Made by a program: the position numbers and the translations under genes. The notes beneath the pieces are model-generated. The model saw only the letters and a program-made list of their open reading frames with translations, was not told the origin of the DNA and did not search any database. Shown in pieces: positions 1 through 10,532 of a DNA stretch of 34,890 nucleotides. Source of the stretch: Planctomycetota bacterium (GTDB taxonomy: Bacteria > Planctomycetota > Planctomycetia > Pirellulales > Lacipirellulaceae); NCBI GenBank assembly GCA_039190745.1, contig JBCCXZ010000040.1, positions 1-34,890 on the forward strand, given 5' to 3'. Position 1 is the first letter of the stretch, and each line of letters opens with the position of its first letter.

Positions 1-14
1 CGGGGCCTTGCCCG

Positions 15-644
15 GTGCAGACGCCGGGGCCGACGACCCTGCCGGAGCCGGAGGTGACTTTTATACCGAGCCCAAGCTTCGGGCAGCGGAACCTGCTCTC
101 TGAGGTGGACACCATTGTGATGCACACCACCGAGATCAACCTGGCCGGGACGATCAATATTTTTGAGGACCGCCGGAACAGCGTCAGCTCGCACTACGTG
201 ATCGGCGGCGGCGGCGACATCTTCCAGATGGTGGACTTGCAGGACTCGGCGTGGCACGCGACGTACTACAACTCGCGTTCGATCGGGATCGAGATGGTGG
301 GCTTTGCGGGGAGCCGGGCGACTTGGAACGAGAACAACATCGCGGCGTTGGTCGATCTGCTCGCTTGGCTGTACCAGGCGTACCCGGACATCCCGCTGGT
401 GCACCCTTCGGGGGATGCGTACGACTTCCCGAACGACACCTACACGCAGGCGGGGTTGGTGGCACACAGCCAGGTACAGCCCTGGAACAAGTCGGACCCG
501 GGGCCGCACTTCCCTTGGGACGACGTGCTCGACCGGGTGGGGGCCATTCTGGACGCGGAGGCGGTGCCCGAGCCGTCGTCGGTCGCGGCGCTAGCGAGCG
601 GGCTGGTGCTGCTCGCCGCCAGGCGTCGGCGCGTTGCGGCCTAA
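15..644 (+). CDS. N-acetylmuramoyl-L-alanine amidase (Amidase_2/AmpD-like) with C-terminal PEP-CTERM signal; probably 5'-partial
   Basis: Motifs IVMHTTE, VSSHYVI, AWHA, SIGIEMVG, VAHSQV, KSDPG; ends VPEPSS + hydrophobic stretch + RRRR. The frame is open to the window edge, so the true start may be upstream. Confidence 0.85.
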   Translation: MQTPGPTTLPEPEVTFIPSPSFGQRNLLSEVDTIVMHTTEINLAGTINIFEDRRNSVSSHYVIGGGGDIFQMVDLQDSAWHATYYNSRSIGIEMVGFAGSRATWNENNIAALVDLLAWLYQAYPDIPLVHPSGDAYDFPNDTYTQAGLVAHSQVQPWNKSDPGPHFPWDDVLDRVGAILDAEAVPEPSSVAALASGLVLLAARRRRVAA

Positions 645-1957
645 GAGCCGCTGACGGCGGAGCCGGCGGTCTGCACCGCTTCGAGGTGCTCGGCGAGGAA
701 GTCGGCGAGGTCGCCGCGGTCGAGGTCGGCGTGCTGCTCGAAGCGGAACTTCACTTGGTCGGGGCCGTCACTGCCGGAGTCGATGGCGCGCTTGGCGCCG
801 AGCTCGGCGACGCGGCCGGTCGCGAAGGCGCCGGGGGGGCCTTGCAGCACGAGGTCGACGCCGGCGAGGCGTTTGGTGTGGACGGTGGCCCAGGGCTCCC
901 GCTGCTCGGGGACCATCAGGTGGACGACCTGCTGGTTGTTCCAGAGGAACTGGGCGGCGCCGTCCGTTGAGGGCGACTCGCCGTTGGACGAACCGTCGCC
1001 TGTTGCTTGGTCGAGCAGTTCGAGCAGGTCTTCTAGCAGCTCGGTCGGCCAGGCGATTTTTTTGCCGGGCGGGAAGCCCTTCCGGGCGAGGTGCCACTTG
1101 CGGCCGAGCTTCTTCCAGGGCATGACGTCTTCGGGGCTCTGTTCGACGCGCTCGGTGAAGCGGCGGAACCCTTTGGCGGCCTTCTCCAGGAAGGCCCAGA
1201 AGGCGGGCGTGTTGATCTCGGCCCACGCGTGGGCGTGGATCTCGACTTCCTGGAACGGCCCGCGGAGGTTCTTGCACTTCACGCGGGGGCCGGCGCCGTA
1301 GGCCTCGACGTCGGGCATCTCGTTGAGCGGCGGGAGGGCGAGGTCGACCACGAGCTTGTCTTTGGCGAAGGTCTTCTTCGCGGTGCGGAACTTGAGTTTG
1401 ATGAGCCACTTCTCGCCGGTGATGGCGTGGAAGAACCAGCCGTCGGATTTCTTGGGGGCGGCGATCTCGACGATGGTGCGGCTGTTCCAGTCGGTCTCGC
1501 TGAAGTCGCCGAGCTGGTGGATGCGGCTCTCGATCTCGTCCAGGATGCGGCCGTCCCAGCGGACGGGGTCGCCGCTGCGGCTGACGCGGTCGGCGGTGTG
1601 CCACTGGCGGCCGTTGAGTTCCCAGGGCATCTGCACCTGGCTGCCGAGCTCGGTGATTTCGAGGTCGCCCTGGCGTTTGGCCTCGGCGGCGGCGAAATCG
1701 TACCGCTCACGTTTCTGGTGCGGACCGGCTTTGAGGACGGGGGCGAGTGCCTTTGCGGTGTGCGATTTCTTCGTCTTCAGAAGTTCTTCGGGCGTGCCCG
1801 CGGCGACGACCTTCCCGCCGGCGGCGCCGGCTTCGGGGCCGATGTCGATGAGGTGGTCAGCCTGCTTGATGACGTCGAGGTTGTGCTCGATCACCAACAC
1901 GGTGTTGCCGAGGTCGACCAGGCGGTGGAGCACGTCGAGCAGCTTGGCGATGTCGTC

Positions 1958-1989
<32 letters not shown>

Positions 1990-3434
1990 CGTAGAGCGTC
2001 TTGCCGGTGTCGGGGCGGGAGAGCTCGGCGGCGAGTTTGACGCGCTGCGCCTCGCCGCCCGAGAGCGTCGCGGCGCTTTGGCCGAGGGCGACGTAGTCGA
2101 GCCCCACGTCGCAGAGGGTCTGCAGGATGCGGCGGACCTTGGGGATGTTCTCGAACAGCCGCACGGCCTCGCCGCAGGACATCTCGAGCACGTCGGAGAT
2201 CGACCGGCCGCGGTACTTCACCTGCAGCGTCTCGGGGTTGTAGCGGCGGCCGCGGCAGGTGTCGCAGTCGACCCACACGTCGGGGAGGAAGTGCATCTCG
2301 ATGCACACCTGGCCGGCTCCGTCGCAGGCGTCGCAACGCCCGCCGGGGACGTTGAAACTGAACCGCCGCGCGGAGTAGCCGCGGAGCTTTGCTTCGGGGA
2401 GCTGTGCGAACAGTTGGCGGATCAGCTCGAACAGCCCGGTGTACGTCGCGGGGTTCGAGCTGGGCGTGCTGCCGAGCGGCTTCTGGTCGACGCGGATTAC
2501 CTTGTCGATGCGGCCGAGGCCCTCGATCGTGTCGTGGGTGCCGGGGTTGGTGCTCGCGCGGTGCAGCGTGCGGGCCAGCTGGGCGTAGAGCACGTCTTCG
2601 ACGAGCGAGCTCTTGCCGCTGCCGGAGACGCCGGTGACGCAGGTGAGCGTGCCGAGCGGGATGTCGACCGAGACGTTCTTGAGGTTGTGGTGCCGGGCGC
2701 CGATCACGCGGAGCGGCGGCAGCGACGAACCGGGCCGGCGGTTGGTGGGGACGGGGATCGCCTTCTTGCCGGAGAGGTAGGGGCCGGTGACGCTCTTGCG
2801 GCGTTTGGCGATTTCCGTGGGCGTGCCGCGGGCGACGATCTCGCCGCCGAGCTTGCCGGCGGCGGGGCCGAAGTCCATGAGGTTGTCGGCGCCGTCGATC
2901 ACGTCGCGGTCGTGCTCGACGACCAGCAGGGTATTGCCGAGGTCGCGGAGCTTGTGCAGCGCGGCGACCAGCCGGTCGTTGTCGCGGGGGTGGAGGCCGA
3001 TGGTCGGTTCGTCGAGGACGTAGAGCACGCCGCAGAGGCCGCTGCCGACCTGGCTGGCGAGGCGGATGCGCTGCGACTCGCCGCCGGAGAGCGTGGGGGC
3101 GGAGCGGCCGACGGTCAGATAATCGAGCCCCACGTCAACGAGGAAGGTCAGGCGGTTGGTGATCTCGCGGATCAGCTCGCCGGCGACCTTCTTCTCCGGA
3201 GCGGGGAGCTTCCACTTCTTGACGGTCGCCAAGAGGTCGGCCAGCGGGGTGCGGCAGTACTCGTCGATCGTGCGGCCGCGGTACCGTACGGCCGAAGCGT
3301 CGCTGCGGAGCCGGCTGCCGCCGCAATCGCTGCACGCGATCTCGTCGACGAGGTGGTCGAGCTTCGACCGCAGCCGCGGAGAAAGGCGGGAGGCTTCCTC
3401 CAATGCTGGGTACAGACCCTTGTACTGAAATGAA

Positions 3435-3510
3435 AGGTGAGGGGCCGGAGTTTGAAGGTCAGGGGACTTCGACTTTCCTTTTCTGACCTCTGACCTCTGA
3501 CCACTCACCT
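3435..3510. repeat. Heptamer-periodic imperfect palindrome in frame within uvrA
   Basis: CTGACCT CTGACCT CTGACCA CTCACCT (3483-3510) with a degenerate inverted arm AGGTGAG GGGCCGG AGTTTGA AGGTCAG (3435-3462). Confidence 0.75.
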
Positions 3511-5722
3511 CTGCCTTGATCCAATCGTCGCCTGTCCCGTACAGAACCAGCCTGCGGTGCCGCGGCGCGAGCCGGTCGAAGGGCACGTCGACGGGCACGC
3601 CGGTGTGCTCGGAGAGGGCCCCAAGCATCGCGGCGAACAGGGGCTGGTCGACGCCCGGCCAGACGAGCACGGCGCCCTCAGCGAGCGTGAGCTGCGTGTC
3701 GCGGAGCAGGATCGACGGGTCGGCGCCGACCTAGGTGCCGAGGCCCTCACACGAGGGGCACCAGCCGATGGGGCTGTTGAACGAGAAGTGGTGCGGCGAG
3801 AGCGGCTCGAAGCTCAGGCCGCAATCGATGCACACCAGGTGCTGGCTGTGCACCTTTGTGCGCCACTTGGTCTCCGGCTTCTCTTTGTCGGCGTAGGCGG
3901 TGTGGAGAACGCCTTGGCCCAGGGTGAGCGCGCTCTCGACGCTGTCGGCGATGCGGGCTCGGGCGTCGGGACGGACCGTTACGCGGTCGACGACCACCTC
4001 GACCTGGTGCTTGCGGCGGCGGTCGACCGACGGGGCGGCGGCGAGTTCGTGCGTCTGGCCGTCGACGCGCACCCGCTGGTAGCCGTTGCCGGCGAGGCTC
4101 TTGAACAGGTCGGCGTAGCTCTGGTTGGCGACGGGCTCGACGGGGGCCATCAGGTAGAGCTTCGTGCCCGAGGGCTCGGCCATCACGGCCTCAATGATCT
4201 GGTCGACCGACTGCGTGCCGACCTCTTGGTCGCACTCGGGGCAGTGCATCTGGCCGAGGCGGGAGAAGAGGATGCGGAAGTAGTCGTAGATCTCGGTGAC
4301 GGTGCCCACCGTGGAGCGGGGCGAGTGGCCGGCGGTGCGTTGCTCGATGGCGATCGCGGGGGAGAGGCCCTCGATGTGGTCGACTTTGGGCTTCTGCAGC
4401 TGGCCGACGAACTGCCGGGCGTAGCTGCTGAGGCTCTCGACGTAGCGACGCTGGCCCTCGGCGTAGATCGTGTCCATCGCGAGCGAGGTCTTGCCGCTGC
4501 CGCTGGGGCCGCAGAAAACGGTGAGCTCGTCGCGGGGGACCTTCACGTCGACGTGGCGGAGGTTGTGCTGCTGGGCGCCGTCGACCGTGATGTGCGTTGC
4601 CTGCTTCACGGGCTTCCGCTTGGCGGGCTTGCCGTTGGACGTGGCGTGCGTCTTGCCGTTGAGGTACGGAGCAAGCGCTAACGCAGTGTGGGAAAGCAGC
4701 GGAGAGCATGGAGTGGGTAGTGAGGGCTTCTCCTTCCCGTTCCGCGCTGCGCGATCGGTACTCCGCAATTGTCCGACGACTTCTTCCGGCGTGCCCTGCG
4801 CGACGATCTGCCCGCCGCCTTTGCCGCCGTCGGGGCCGATGTCGATGATCCAGTCGGCGGTCTTGATCACGTCGAGGTTGTGCTCGACCACCAGCACGGT
4901 GTTGCCGGAGTCGGCGAAGTCGTGCAGCACCTTCAGCAGCAGCTCGATGTCGGCGAAGTGCAGGCCGGTGGTCGGCTCGTCGAGCAGGTACAGCGTGCGG
5001 CCGGTGGATTTCTTCACCAGCTCGCGGGCGAGCTTGATCCGCTGGGCCTCGCCGCCCGAGAGGGTCGGCGAGGGCTGGCCCAGCTTCATGTAGTCGAGGC
5101 CCACGGCGTGGAGGGTTTCGAGCTTCTGCCGGATGGGGGGGACGTTCTCGAAGTGGTCGAGCGCCTGCTGGATATCCATCTCGAGCACGTCGGCGATGCT
5201 CTTGCCCTTGAAGAGCACTTGCAGCGTTTCGTGCCCAAAGCGCCGGCCCTCGCAGACCGGGCAGGTGATCCAGACATCGGCCAGGAAGTCCATCTCCAGC
5301 TTGTTCGAGCCGTTGCCGCTGCACGCCTCGCACCGCCCGCCGACGACGTTGAAGCTGAACCGGCCCGGCTTGTAGCCGCGGCGTTTCGACTCGGGGAGCT
5401 GGGCGTAGAGGTTGCGGATCTCGTCGAACACCTTGATGTAGGTGGCCGGGTTCGAGCGGGGCGTGCGTCCAATGGGCGACTGGTCGATCGCGATCAGCTT
5501 GTCGAGGTGCTCCAGGCCCTCGATGCGGTCGTGCTCGCCGGGTTCGCCCTTGCCGCCGTTGAGGTCGCGGCGGAGGGCCTCGACCAGGATGTCGGAGACG
5601 AGCGAGCTCTTCCCGCTGCCGCTGGCGCCGGTGACGCAGACGAAAGCTCCGAGTGGGATGGTGACATCAATGTTCTGAAGGTTGTTGTGTTTGGCGCCGA
5701 CCACCCGGAGGGTGGGGAAGTC

Positions 5723-5750
5723 AGATTTAAGATCTAAGATTGCAGATCGA
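5723..5750. repeat. Heptamer tandem repeat in frame within uvrA
   Basis: AGATTTA AGATCTA AGATTGC AGATCGA; an AT-rich patch encoding SAILDLKS. Confidence 0.65.
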
Positions 5751-7803
5751 TCTTCGTGATTGATCCGCCTCTTGGAGGGGACCTCGATCTTCCGCTTGCC
5801 GGCTAGGTAGGCACCGGTGACGCTGCGTTTCTTCTTCGCGATATCGGCGGCCGTGCCTTCGCCCACCACCTCGCCGCCGCGCACCCCGGGGCCGGGGCCG
5901 AAGTCGATGATGTGGTCCGCGGCGTGCATCGTGTCTTCGTCGTGCTCGACCACCACCACGGTGTTGCCCTGGTCGCGGAGCCGCTCGAGCGTGGTGATCA
6001 GCCGGTCGTTGTCGCGGGGGTGCAGGCCGATGGAGGGCTCGTCCAAGATGTACAGCACGCCGACCAGGCCGCAGCCGATCTGGCCCGCCAGGCGGATGCG
6101 CTGCGACTCGCCGCCGGAGAGCGTGGGCGCAGTGCGGTCGAGCGAGAGGTAGTCGAGCCCCACGTTGGTGAGGAAGCCCAGCCGGCCGCGGATTTCTTTG
6201 AGCGCCTCGCCGGCGATCCGCTGCTGCGTGTCGTCGAGCGTCAGGTCGCTGAAAAACTCCTCGGCCTCGGCGACCGGCAACCGGCAGACCTCGGGGAGCG
6301 ATCGCTCCGGGTGGTCGGTGAACGCCGGGTGCGTGGTGGTGAGCGTCACCGCGCGGGCCTGGTTGTTGAGCCGTTCGCCCCGGCAGTCGGGGCATTCGAT
6401 GACGTTCATGAACTGTTCGAGCTTGGCGATGAGCGACTTGCTCTTCGCGCCGCGGTACTTCTCGAGCAGCTCGGGGATCAGCCCGTCGAACGTGCCGCCG
6501 TACTTCTGGCCGCTCTTGCCGGCCCGCCACGTGTAGGTGATATGCTCGTCGCCCGTGCCCCAGAGCCAGAGGTAGCGGTGCTCCTCGGGCATCTCTTCCC
6601 AGGGCGTGTCGGTGAGCGTACCGGAATCGAGCCCCAGCTTGCGCTCCATCGTCTCGGCGACGCCCTTGTAGATGTGCCGCTTCCAGCGGCCGAGGTCTTT
6701 CCAGGGGCCGACCAGATCGATGCAGCCTTGCGAGAGCGACTTTGTGGGGTCGGTGATCAGCTTCGCGGGGTCGAAGCTGAACATCGTGCCCAGCCCGTCG
6801 CACTCGTAGCACATGCCCTGCGGGCTGTTGAAGCTGAAGAGCTGCGGCGAGGGGGGCTCGAACGACAGGCCGCACTGGTTGCAGGCGTAGTCGGCCGAGA
6901 GGGTGATGTCGCCGGGGCGGGCGCCCGAGCGGGTGCGTTTCTTCTTGGCTGAGCCGGTGTCCGCGGCCGCAGCCTCTTCGGGGGCGACGATGAGGTTACC
7001 CTTGCCGACTTTCAGGGCGAGCTCCACCGCTTCGGCCAGCCGTCCGCGGATGCTGAGGCCGGCGGTCAGCCGGTCGATCACCACTTCGATGTCGTGCCTC
7101 ATCTGCCGGTCGAGCGCCGGCACGCTGCTCAGCTGGTGGACCTCGCCGTCGACGCGCGCCCGGACGTAGCCCTGCTTGACAAGGTCTTCGAACAGGTCGC
7201 GGAACTCGCCCTTCTGCTGGCGGACGATGGGGGCGAGCACCGAAAACTTGGTCTTGGCCGGCAGCGTGAGGATGCGGGCGAGGATCGCCTCGCGGCTCTG
7301 GGCGGTGATCACCTGGCCGCACTGGTAGCAGTGGCCCCGCCCCACACGGGCGTAGAGCACACGGAGGAAGTCGTAGATCTCGGTGATCGTGCCGACGGTC
7401 GACCGGGGGTTGTTGCCGGACGACTTCTGCGAGATCGAGATCGAGGGCGAGAGCCCGCTGATGTGGTCGACGTCCGGCTTGGGCATCTGCCCCAGGAACT
7501 GCCGGGCGAAGGTGGAGAGGCTCTCGACGTAGCGGCGTTGGCCCTCGGCGTAGAGGGTGTCGAACGCCAACGAGCTCTTGCCGCTCCCCGAGACGCCGGT
7601 GAGGCAGATGAGCTTGTTACGGGGGAGCCGGAGCGAGACGTCCCGCAAGTTGTGCTCGCGGGCTCCCTTGATGATGATGTCCGAGGCGGGCACGTTCCGT
7701 CCGTGGTGCGGGGAGGGCTCAGCGAGGGTCGTGGCGAAGCGAACCGCTCATTATACGCCCTGCGGGGCGGGGGCCCAGAGGAAGCAAATTGGGGGATCGA
7801 ACG

Positions 7804-8475
7804 ATGTGGAAAGTCGCTTGTTTTGCAGTGCTTGTATGGGCGGTAGCCGCAAACCCGCTTGCTGCAGAGGAGGGCTGCCGGCCGGAGCGGTGGGCGGACG
7901 CGATGGCCAGGTTCGCGGCGGCGGACGAGGCGGCGCCGTCCGAGCCGGGCGGGGTGGTGTTTGTCGGCTCCAGCAGCATCCGGCTTTGGAAGCTCGGCGA
8001 GAGCTTCCCCGAGTGGAGCGCGCTCAACCGGGGGTTCGGCGGGTCAGAGCTGTGCGACTCGGTGCACTACTTCGACCTGTTAGTGGCAAAGCACAAGCCG
8101 GCGGCGGTGGTGCTGTACGCGGGGGACAACGACGTTGCCGCGGGCAAGACGGCGGAGCGGGTGCACGCGGACTTCCGAGCGTTTGCGGCGAAGCTCGACG
8201 CGGCGCTGCCCGAGTGCCGGCTGCTGTACGTGGCGATCAAGCCGAGCCTGTCGCGGTGGGACAAGGCGGCGGAGATGAAACGGGCCAACGACCTGATCGC
8301 GGCCGACTGCGGGGAAGACGAGCGACACACGTTCGTCGACATCTGGGCGCCGATGCTCGGCGGCGACGGCAGGCCGCGTAAGGAGCTGTTCGTTAGCGAC
8401 GGGCTGCACCTCTCGAAGGAGGGGTACGCTTTTTGGAACGAGGCCGTCGTCGAAGCGATGCGTAGCGAACACTGA
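7804..8475 (+). CDS. Secreted SGNH/GDSL-family hydrolase
   Basis: FVGSSSI, NRGFGGS, YAGDND and DGLH blocks; signal peptide MWKVACFAVLVWAVAANPLAA from ATG 7804. Confidence 0.9.
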   Translation: MWKVACFAVLVWAVAANPLAAEEGCRPERWADAMARFAAADEAAPSEPGGVVFVGSSSIRLWKLGESFPEWSALNRGFGGSELCDSVHYFDLLVAKHKPAAVVLYAGDNDVAAGKTAERVHADFRAFAAKLDAALPECRLLYVAIKPSLSRWDKAAEMKRANDLIAADCGEDERHTFVDIWAPMLGGDGRPRKELFVSDGLHLSKEGYAFWNEAVVEAMRSEH

Positions 8476-8529
8476 GCGGGTAGGATGCTCGCTGGTTGAC
8501 CGCTCACGTGTTTCTCTCGTTGCTGTTTC

Positions 8530-9375
8530 ATGGCCTGGCCTGAATACGAACTCGTCGACTTCGGCGCCGGGCGTAAGCTGGAACGCTTCGGCGGCGTGCT
8601 GCTCGATCGGCCGAGCCCCGCGGCTGAGCGCGACAGACCAGCAAAGGCAGATGCTTGGGCCGGGGCCGCGGCGCGGTACGACGGCGACCGGGCGGCGGAC
8701 GGGCGGTGGTCGGACGACGGTTGGGAAACGCAGCTGCCCGTCGGGGAGCTGGGATTCTCAATGCGGCTCTCGCCGCTGCCTTCGGGGCAGGTGGGCGTGT
8801 TCCCGGAGCAGTTTGCCAACTGGCAGTGGATCGCGGAGCGCGTGGGCAAGGCCGCGTATCCGCCGAAGGTGCTGAACCTGTTCGCCTATACCGGCGGCAG
8901 CACGCTGGCCGCCGCTGCGGCGAGGGCGGAGGTCACGCACGTCGACGCGGCCAAGGGCATGGTCGCCCGCGCGCGAGAGAACGCAGAGGCTTCCGGGCTG
9001 GCCGATCGGCCGGTGCGATGGATCGTGGAGGACGCCGTGCGGTTCTGCGAGCGCGAGGTGAAACGCGGCAACCGGTACGACGCGGTGGTGCTCGATCCGC
9101 CCACTTACGGCCACGGGCCCAAGGGTGAGGAGTGGCGGGTGAAACGCGACCTGCTGCCGCTCCTGAAGCTCTGCGGCGAGCTGACCGCCGAGAGCCGCAA
9201 CTTTGTGCTCTGCACGTGCCACACGCCGGGCATCGGGCCAGCCGAGTTGAGCGCGTACGTCAGCGAAGGTTTGTTCGGTCACTGCGGGCAGCCTCCGAAG
9301 TGCGGCAAGCTATTCCTCAAGACCGCCGGCGGCAGGAAGATGCCTAGCGGCGTCTACGCGCGCTGGCCGGGGTGA
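8530..9375 (+). CDS. Class I SAM-dependent methyltransferase (RlmI/RlmK-like family)
   Basis: VLNLFAYTGG, VTHVDAAK, DAVVLDPPTYG, GVFPEQ motifs. Confidence 0.85.
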   Translation: MAWPEYELVDFGAGRKLERFGGVLLDRPSPAAERDRPAKADAWAGAAARYDGDRAADGRWSDDGWETQLPVGELGFSMRLSPLPSGQVGVFPEQFANWQWIAERVGKAAYPPKVLNLFAYTGGSTLAAAAARAEVTHVDAAKGMVARARENAEASGLADRPVRWIVEDAVRFCEREVKRGNRYDAVVLDPPTYGHGPKGEEWRVKRDLLPLLKLCGELTAESRNFVLCTCHTPGIGPAELSAYVSEGLFGHCGQPPKCGKLFLKTAGGRKMPSGVYARWPG

Positions 9376-9376
9376 A

Positions 9377-9537
9377 CCACGAAAGACTCGAAATACACGA
9401 AAGCCGGAAAGAACTGACAGGATAACTGGATCGGCGGGATCGACAGGATGGAGGAGAAGAAGGAACACTAATGTTCGCTAATCTGCGCTAATCCGGAAGT
9501 AGCTTCATTAGTGTTGATTAGTGGCGATTAGTGTTCC
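9377..9537. repeat. Composite 9-mer-periodic REP-like intergenic element (copy A)
   Basis: CACGAAA-type run (9378-9403), ACAGGAT-type run (9417-9450), and hairpin GGAACACTAATGTTCGCTAATCTGCGCTAAT...ATTAGTGTTGATTAGTGGCGATTAGTGTTCC (9462-9537). Confidence 0.8.
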
Positions 9538-9558
9538 TGTCCTTCTGCTCAATGACCT

Positions 9559-10368
9559 ATGCATCGCGAATTGATCACCAGCCGACAGAACCCGCGCGTG
9601 AAGGACGTGGTGAAGCTGCGCTCCGCGCGTGAGCGCGTGAAATGTGGCCGGTTTGTGGTGGACGGCTCGCGGGAGATTGCGCGGGCGGTTGCGGCGGGTG
9701 TTTCCGTTTTGGAAGCCTTTGCTTGCGAAGATTTGACGGCCTCGGACGAGGACGGCGACGCGGTGAAGGCCGCGACGGCGGCATCGCAAGCGGCCTTTGA
9801 CGTTTCGCGCGTGGTGATGGAGCGGCTCTGCTTCGGCGAGCGGGCCGGGCCGGTGCTGATTGTCGCTGAGACGCCGGTGCGTTCGCTCGCCGACCTTGTG
9901 TTGCCGGAGCGGCCGTTGGTGGCGGTGGTCGAATCGCTCGAAAAGCCCGGTAACGTCGGGGCCGTGCTGCGGAGCGCCGACGGGGCGGGCGTCGACGCGG
10001 TGGTCGTGGCTGATCCAGTGAGCGACCTGTTCAACCCGAACACAATCCGGGCGAGCCTCGGCACGGTGTTCGGCCCGAACGTCTGCACCGCGACTAGCGC
10101 GGAGACCATTGCTTGGCTTGCCAAGCGGGGCGTGCGTGCAGTAGCGACGATGCCGGAAGCGGCCGCGGATTACACCGACGCCGACCTTACGGGGCCGCTG
10201 GCGATCGTGCTCGGCAGTGAGGCCGAAGGGCTATCGCCCGCTTGGGAATCGAGCGCCGAGGGCGTGCGGCTGCCGATGGCCGGCATCGCCGACAGCCTCA
10301 ACGTCTCGGCGACCGCCGCGGTGCTGTTCTACGAAGCCCGCCGGCAGCGCGAAGGAATGACAGGATAA
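9559..10368 (+). CDS. TrmH/SpoU-family RNA 2'-O-methyltransferase
   Basis: ITSRQNPRVK, EKPGNVGAVLRSADGAG, IVLGSEAEGLS, LPMAGIADSLNVS (SPOUT motifs). Confidence 0.92.
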   Translation: MHRELITSRQNPRVKDVVKLRSARERVKCGRFVVDGSREIARAVAAGVSVLEAFACEDLTASDEDGDAVKAATAASQAAFDVSRVVMERLCFGERAGPVLIVAETPVRSLADLVLPERPLVAVVESLEKPGNVGAVLRSADGAGVDAVVVADPVSDLFNPNTIRASLGTVFGPNVCTATSAETIAWLAKRGVRAVATMPEAAADYTDADLTGPLAIVLGSEAEGLSPAWESSAEGVRLPMAGIADSLNVSATAAVLFYEARRQREGMTG

Positions 10369-10508
10369 CGGGATCGACGGGATTCACAGGATCAACACAG
10401 GGAACACTAATCAGCACTCATTCACACTAATCTGATTAGTGCTGATTAGCGTCGATTAGTGTTCTCTTCTCTTCTTCATCCTGTCGATCCCGCCGATCCA
10501 GTTATCCT
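10359..10508. repeat. Nested palindromic 9-mer-periodic REP-like element (copy B) between convergent genes
   Basis: Outer ACAGGAT-type arms (10359-10393 and 10477-10508) enclose an inner CACTAAT/ATTAGTG hairpin (10402-10464). 10477-10508 is the exact reverse complement of 9419-9450. Confidence 0.85.
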
Positions 10509-10532
10509 CCCCATTCTTCAGAAGACCAGTCT

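Noticed and set aside
3731..3733. Genome-wide amber recoding or pyrrolysine
   Set aside because: TAG ends other genes here at natural C-termini (uvrA 641, PEP-CTERM gene 15134, gyrA 19229); no pyl genes seen.
9419..10508. Autonomous insertion sequence bounded by 32-bp inverted repeats
   Set aside because: The enclosed gene is a SPOUT methyltransferase, not a transposase, and no flanking target duplication is evident.
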